The notes under the pieces are model-generated. The model did not search any database. It was not told where the DNA came from and was given only the letters and a program-made list of their open reading frames with translations. A program made the position numbers and the translations under genes. This document shows, piece after piece, positions 59,604 through 64,000 of a stretch of DNA of 64,000 nt; position 1 is the stretch's first letter; each line of letters starts with the position of its first letter. Source of the DNA: a virus; the IMG/VR virus record IMGVR_UViG_3300050821_000359, positions 3,265 through 67,264 of that record. One strand, given 5' to 3'.

Positions 59604-60104
59604 TTAACCTAAGTAGCTAACACGCGCACTAACTGCATAGGCCAGTGCCGTACCGCTTCCTGCGGCGTAGCTTGTTGTTGCAACCACGATTGTTCCGCCA
59701 GCAGCAACGCTTACTCTAAATGTACCTTGGTTGACCACACCGGCAGCACTGACCGAAGTCACATCTGCAAGAGTGTCAGTAACCGAAGTGTTAGACGCTG
59801 CATCCGTGTACACAACTGTAATTGCGGGAAGTGTCGCACCCGTAGGTGTATTAGTAGAAACTTCATAAAGCGAAACTAAATACATACCTGCCGCTTGCGC
59901 GGTAAAAGTAAGCACGTTCGCGTTATTAGCAGTCTGCGCTGTTAAACTAGCTGCTCCTGCTGTACCTGTCGCCGGAACCCACCCATTGCCTGCGCTGATA
60001 TAGAGAGTCGAATCGACTGTATCTACACCTAAAGCGGCATAAAGGGGCGTATTACCTGCGGCGATGGTAGAAGGTTGTCCTTGAAAAATTCTATCAAAAG
60101 CCAT
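59604..60104 (-). CDS. putative capsid decoration protein
   Basis: A/T/G-rich beta protein close downstream of MCP; AAGGAG RBS. Confidence 0.55.
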   Translation of the reverse strand: MAFDRIFQGQPSTIAAGNTPLYAALGVDTVDSTLYISAGNGWVPATGTAGAASLTAQTANNANVLTFTAQAAGMYLVSLYEVSTNTPTGATLPAITVVYTDAASNTSVTDTLADVTSVSAAGVVNQGTFRVSVAAGGTIVVATTSYAAGSGTALAYAVSARVSYLG

Positions 60105-60148
60105 TATTCTCCTTGAAATTGCGCTATTCGCGCTTCTAACTATAAACT

Positions 60149-60174
60149 AAAAAGGGAGCGGTTTAGGCTCCCTT
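60149..60174 (-). terminator. terminator at the end of the HNH gene
   Basis: GGGAGC-CTAAACC-GCTCCC-TTTTT. Confidence 0.6.
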
Positions 60175-60786
60175 AGTTTCTAGCATTTTAGCTAAATCTT
60201 TTATAACTTCCAGTCTTTTAAAAACGGATTCATCAGAAACCTGACAACCATTAGCTCTGGACATAGAAGCTCGCATCCAACCATCTAGTGTAAATTTTGA
60301 CTTACTTGTTTGACAAGACATATAAGGACTTTCAGGACTACTGGAACAGCACGGAACTAAATTTCCGGGAATATGCCCCTTGGAAGAATCTAGCCTATCT
60401 AATCCCCATACTTTTCCAGACAAGGGAAACAACCCGCAATACGCGCAAGGTCTTGGATTCCCACTATCATCCAAAAAATAATGAATAGCCTCAGTAGGAT
60501 TGTTAAATCCAAACTCACGGCTTTCCTGCTTATCCGTCCATTTCATGCCTAAATATCTCTTTCTAAGTACAGGATAGTACCCATTAGACATATTTTTAGC
60601 TTTTTGCGAAAACCGCATACCTTCTTTAACATAGGAAGGTAGACTGCCGTCTTTTCTCCAATCAGTTGCCCAATCTTCGATTGTACCGGCTGAAATTCCC
60701 GTTCTCTGGACAATTTCTTTATATGATCTTTTCTTAATTAGTAATTCTAAAACTTTATTTCTGATTTCTATCGGATGTGCTTTCAT
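60163..60786 (-). CDS. free-standing HTH + HNH-like homing endonuclease next to the MCP introns
   Basis: N-terminal HTH; CAYCG, GLDRLDSSKGHIPGNLVPCC. Confidence 0.8.
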   Translation of the reverse strand: MKAHPIEIRNKVLELLIKKRSYKEIVQRTGISAGTIEDWATDWRKDGSLPSYVKEGMRFSQKAKNMSNGYYPVLRKRYLGMKWTDKQESREFGFNNPTEAIHYFLDDSGNPRPCAYCGLFPLSGKVWGLDRLDSSKGHIPGNLVPCCSSSPESPYMSCQTSKSKFTLDGWMRASMSRANGCQVSDESVFKRLEVIKDLAKMLETKGA

Positions 60787-60792
60787 TTAATT

Positions 60793-60821
60793 ACTATATC
60801 ACACTTTTGGTGAAAAGTAAA
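60793..60821 (-). promoter_or_regulatory. promoter for a probably leaderless HNH mRNA
   Basis: TTTACT-17 nt-TATAGT with TGn extension; ATG 6 nt downstream, no RBS. Confidence 0.55.
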
Positions 60822-60843
60822 GGGGATAGACTGGCTACCCCCT
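60813..60843 (-). terminator. terminator directly after the spliced MCP stop codon
   Basis: AGGGGGTAG-CCAGT-CTATCCCCT-TTACTTTT. Confidence 0.7.
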
Positions 60844-60848
60844 GAGAT

Positions 60849-62141
60849 TTAACTGATTGCGCTTGCGGCGTCAATCTCGCGGATACGGCACATTTGTTAA
60901 AAGTTTATTCAACTTTACTAAGTCATTTCTGCTTAGTTCTTATAGTTGTTTTTCCTATAAGGTCGGACTATCGCATCATCTTTGCTAAGATGTTATCTCG
61001 CTTAGTCTCTCACGGTCCCTTGCGGGTTCCGCCTTGTTGGCATTTCAGCGTTCAAGTCAATCAGAGATAATTTAACTACGACCTGTATGTTATTGATTAT
61101 AAACAAGTTAATCGTAGTATCTGGCCCAAGGCTAGTCGTGAAATGTACACGATAGCTCGTCCCACACTTGGGTAGATAAACCGGTCAGACGAATTATTAA
61201 CCGGGAATGAGTCCTTCGGGATCAGCAACGGTAGGTTCAGCATTTTGCACGATATTGCACTTAATGTTCTGCCATGCCCCGTCACCAAAACCAGTATCAC
61301 CCTGAGCACCAAGCTTAATCGAGAAGATACCGTCACGACCAAAGATATAAGTACGCAGAGCAGTTAAGCCTGTCACACTCTTATAATTGGTTGTTTGAGT
61401 AACTTGGTTCGTCTGGAAGAAGTGAACACCAGTCGAAGGAATTTCGATCATTTCGGTCAGATCAGTCGATAGCAAGTCTTCCATGCGAGCAAGACCCACA
61501 GGAGTGTGCTTCAAAATGTCGATAGGAGCATTATTACTATTATCTGCTAACACGTCACCTAAAGCGAAAGGATGTATGACGCCACAGAATGCCTTAGAAG
61601 CCTCATCAAAAGGTCTAACCGAACGGCCAGCAAGACTCTGAACCGAGTTACGAATCTGAGTTAGACTCAAAGTAGTAAACGCGGTTGTCGAAGTCGCTGC
61701 AAGCGAAGTTAGAACCGAACTATCAGTAGCACTCGCACCGTCAGCAGTTGCACGGACAAGACCACTAAGAGACTCGCCAAGACGGTATGCAAGTTCACGA
61801 GCAACATTCTCAACAGTGTTATCAATAGCTGTTGCTAAGGATAGGCTGGAGAAGTTTGCATAATCAGCATATTCACCGATGGTAGCAGTGGTTGTTAGAA
61901 CGTTAATAGAGATACCTGCACCAACAGTACCTTCAGAAACTTGAGTAGTATTTGCCGCAAAGGGCACATACATAAACATCTCATATTGATTACCACTTTT
62001 CATTGGCAAATCAAGACGTTCGGAACAAGCTACGAAAGGAGTCTGTGCTTTTAGATTTTCTCTAAACTTTTTATCATAATATCTAACCGTACTCTGAGGT
62101 AGGTTAGACTGTAGGTTACTAGCTGGACTATAATTAGCCAT
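60849..62141 (-). CDS. major capsid protein (N4-gp56-like), three exons: 62141-61199, 61162-61111, 60888-60849; 344 aa spliced
   Basis: YYDKKF...LP.KSG, EG, GEYADY, IHP motifs; joined exons read ADPEGLIPG-W-TSYRVHFTTSLGPDTT-I-RIREIDAASAIS*, followed by a terminator. Confidence 0.85.
60889..61110 (-). ncRNA. group I self-splicing intron (222 nt, no internal ORF)
   Basis: P1 ACTACGAT/GTCGTAGT with U.G at the splice site; P3 TTATCTC/GAGATAA; P7 GACTA/TAGTC; P8 CATCTT/AAGATG; three P9 hairpins; terminal G; P10 ATACAG/CCGTAT. Confidence 0.92.
61163..61198 (-). other. 36-nt core-less group I-like mini-intron
   Basis: AATAATTCGTCTGACCGGTTTATCTACCCAAGTGTG; creates in-frame stops; IGS pairs with both exons; ends in G; removal restores GGT-TGG (Gly-Trp). 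Confidence 0.8.
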
Positions 62142-62206
62142 TAGTTTCTCTTAAAAGGATTTTCAATTCCTCCAAACTAAAAATCTGTCCTTTGTCGTCA
62201 GCCTTG

Positions 62207-62294
62207 CCAGTAATCCGACTGGTAGTTTCTGATCTAGTTAAGACTTCAACTAGATAACCTCACGAAATTGGTTTGCAGTAGTAATCCGACTACT
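62207..62294 (-). promoter_or_regulatory. twin AGT-CGGATT-ACT hairpins in the MCP leader
   Basis: AGTAGT-CGGATT-ACTACT (62294-62277) and CCAGT-CGGATT-ACTGG (62222-62207), with a TCTAGTT/AACTAGA hairpin between. Confidence 0.6.
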
Positions 62295-62715
62295 AGCTAA
62301 GATTATTTGATTGTTTTACCATGACCAAAGCATGTTGATCGGGGTAATAATAATCCTTTTTAACATCTGTTACTCTATATCCTATGTCGAAATATAGTCT
62401 TTGTGCAGGATTTTCCATGTGGACTAATAGACCGAATGGGAGTCCTTTATAAAATTCTTCAATCTTTTGCAATAACTGCGTTCCGATTCCTTTGCCTCTG
62501 TGGGCGGGAGTTATCGCAATGTTGTAAATGTGTACCTGACTATTAACAATTATGGACACTAAGAATCCGACAACTTTGTTGTCAACTTCTGCAACTAATG
62601 TGCGTCCTTTATGAATTTCTGCCAATAGTCCTACATTTGGCTGTGGTCTATCAAAAGATTCTTTATTAATCCTGAATATTGCCTCTATGTCTTCATGGCA
62701 ATACTCCCTAATCAT
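62293..62715 (-). CDS. RimI-like GNAT acetyltransferase
   Basis: VVGFL, HIYNIAI.PAHRGKGIG..LL, V...N.AQRLY...GY, YY. Confidence 0.88.
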   Translation of the reverse strand: MIREYCHEDIEAIFRINKESFDRPQPNVGLLAEIHKGRTLVAEVDNKVVGFLVSIIVNSQVHIYNIAITPAHRGKGIGTQLLQKIEEFYKGLPFGLLVHMENPAQRLYFDIGYRVTDVKKDYYYPDQHALVMVKQSNNLS

Positions 62716-63602
62716 TTCTTCCTCAAATCGGCTTCTAACTTATCAACTTTCTTTCCGAATGTCGGATCACTTAACAAGCGTCTCTTGTATTCTTCTGAAG
62801 ACATGGCCGAGACTGCTGCGAGTCCTGTGTAGATTTTCTTTTGCCCACCGACAACTAGTTCGTACACAATATCGCTGCCGGGATCGGGAGGAGTACCGGT
62901 GTCGCTAGCTTCTTCTCTTGTTAGTCCTGTTGGGATTCTCTTAACAATTCTTTCAGGTTGCTGAACTTCAGGAACAGGAACAACTTCTGGAACAATAACG
63001 GGAATTGGTTCTGGGACAATTTCTGTGGGTGCCTGTGTTAGTACGTTCTGTGCTTTTAAAGTATCGAAAGCCTTCTGAAAATTTGCCTTAACAGGAGCTA
63101 GATTATATCTAATCATCCAAGACGTAATTGCTTCTAGATTCTCGCTACAACGGTAGTAGTCAGGGTTATCAGACACAAACGCATCTGCTTCTAACTTTGC
63201 GCGAAGCCTAAGATTATCTCTCTGAACATCGTGTAGAACTTTACCAATCTGGTTGATCGGTGCTCCGACAGCCGCTTCAAATAACGTGGAAGTCGCGTCA
63301 ACGGCGGTAGTTGGGTCTAGCAACTTTCTTGATAGATCGTATCTTTCTTCGTCTGTCAGTACTCTCGGGGAGAACTCTACAGGAGTAACAATCCTTTCGG
63401 CATCGTCTGAAATCTCTTCATTGTCAACAATGCCTAAACGAACTTTTCTAGTCTCAGTTCTTAACTTTCTGATTAATAATTGATTCTGTTCTACTAACTT
63501 TTCTGTTAGTTCATCGGGCGAGTTATACTTAATAACTTGTGCCCCACCTATGGGTCTGCCCGATTCATCGACAGGCTGATACTTATAAATTTGTTCTGCC
63601 AT
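62712..63602 (-). CDS. putative capsid scaffolding protein
   Basis: Helical, Pro-rich linker, C-terminal AMSSEEYKRRL; upstream of MCP. Confidence 0.55.
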   Translation of the reverse strand: MAEQIYKYQPVDESGRPIGGAQVIKYNSPDELTEKLVEQNQLLIRKLRTETRKVRLGIVDNEEISDDAERIVTPVEFSPRVLTDEERYDLSRKLLDPTTAVDATSTLFEAAVGAPINQIGKVLHDVQRDNLRLRAKLEADAFVSDNPDYYRCSENLEAITSWMIRYNLAPVKANFQKAFDTLKAQNVLTQAPTEIVPEPIPVIVPEVVPVPEVQQPERIVKRIPTGLTREEASDTGTPPDPGSDIVYELVVGGQKKIYTGLAAVSAMSSEEYKRRLLSDPTFGKKVDKLEADLRKK

Positions 63603-63938
63603 TTAAATTAGCTCCTCTTCTAATTCATCGGACGTGTCACCTAAGTCTAGATTTTTTGTAACATCTTCCGGTACATCCGTATCCTTTACGCGATGCACGT
63701 AATCGTGTATTTCAACGTTTACCCTATTTACAACTGAAGTAAACAGTTGTGCGGCAACCTTTGCCGATTTGTGGGAAGAAAGGATAGCTGTATCAGTCTC
63801 TTGGTTGATACAATCTACCATAAACTGATCTATACAACTTCTAGCAATCTTATGTAAAACCTTGATTCCCGGATGTGCAACAATTCCTGCCAAATCTGCT
63901 AGCTCTTGCGAGTCTAGGTGTATTTCTGGGTTAAACAT
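63603..63938 (-). CDS. hypothetical head-module protein
   Basis: 111 aa, GGAGG RBS, acidic tail. Confidence 0.6.
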   Translation of the reverse strand: MFNPEIHLDSQELADLAGIVAHPGIKVLHKIARSCIDQFMVDCINQETDTAILSSHKSAKVAAQLFTSVVNRVNVEIHDYVHRVKDTDVPEDVTKNLDLGDTSDELEEELI

Positions 63939-64000
63939 CTTCCTCCAAAGACGTGCCGGGAGTATTTTGGTATAGCACCTAGCGGTAACTCCCCGCTATC

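Noticed and set aside
61163-61202. T4 gene 60-style translational bypass or stop readthrough for the 36-nt insert
   Set aside because: Three in-frame stops, no matching in-frame GGT landing codon, the Trp codon forms only by splicing, and exact P1/P10 pairing fits splicing better; disfavoured rather than excluded
61097-61342. 81-aa minus-strand ORF across the MCP end
   Set aside because: Out-of-frame shadow ORF over exons and intron
1-64000. Stop-codon reassignment
   Set aside because: Genes are full length and tightly packed under the standard code, and all three stop codons end genes

Overview
64 kb of an AT-rich tailed dsDNA phage genome, probably a podovirus-like phage of a diderm host. 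Two convergent arms meet at a hairpin terminator near 29,240. The + arm (1-29,211) carries early, replication and metabolic genes: a small tyrosine recombinase, PD-(D/E)XK exonuclease, SSB-like protein, two RNA ligases, an RlaP-like nucleotidyltransferase, SF2 helicase, primase-helicase, RecA, MazG, a PRPS-like/NAMPT-like pair (NARP1-like) and tRNA-Arg. The - arm (29,262-64,000) carries a class II RNR, three tRNAs, lysis candidates, ejection proteins, tail/fibre proteins (three with signal peptides), head proteins, scaffold and major capsid protein (MCP). About 11 free-standing HNH/EndoVII nucleases are scattered throughout. Main finding: the MCP gene is split twice near its 3' end. One interruption is a compact 222-nt group I intron. 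The other, 52 nt upstream, is a 36-nt mini-intron with a complete internal guide sequence (P1 with U.G wobble, 7-bp P10) and a terminal G but no catalytic core, so it may be spliced by the neighbouring ribozyme. A promoter-driven tRNA-like RNA with an expanded anticodon domain lies at 5,582-5,689. Protein family calls come from motif recognition only; no searches were run.
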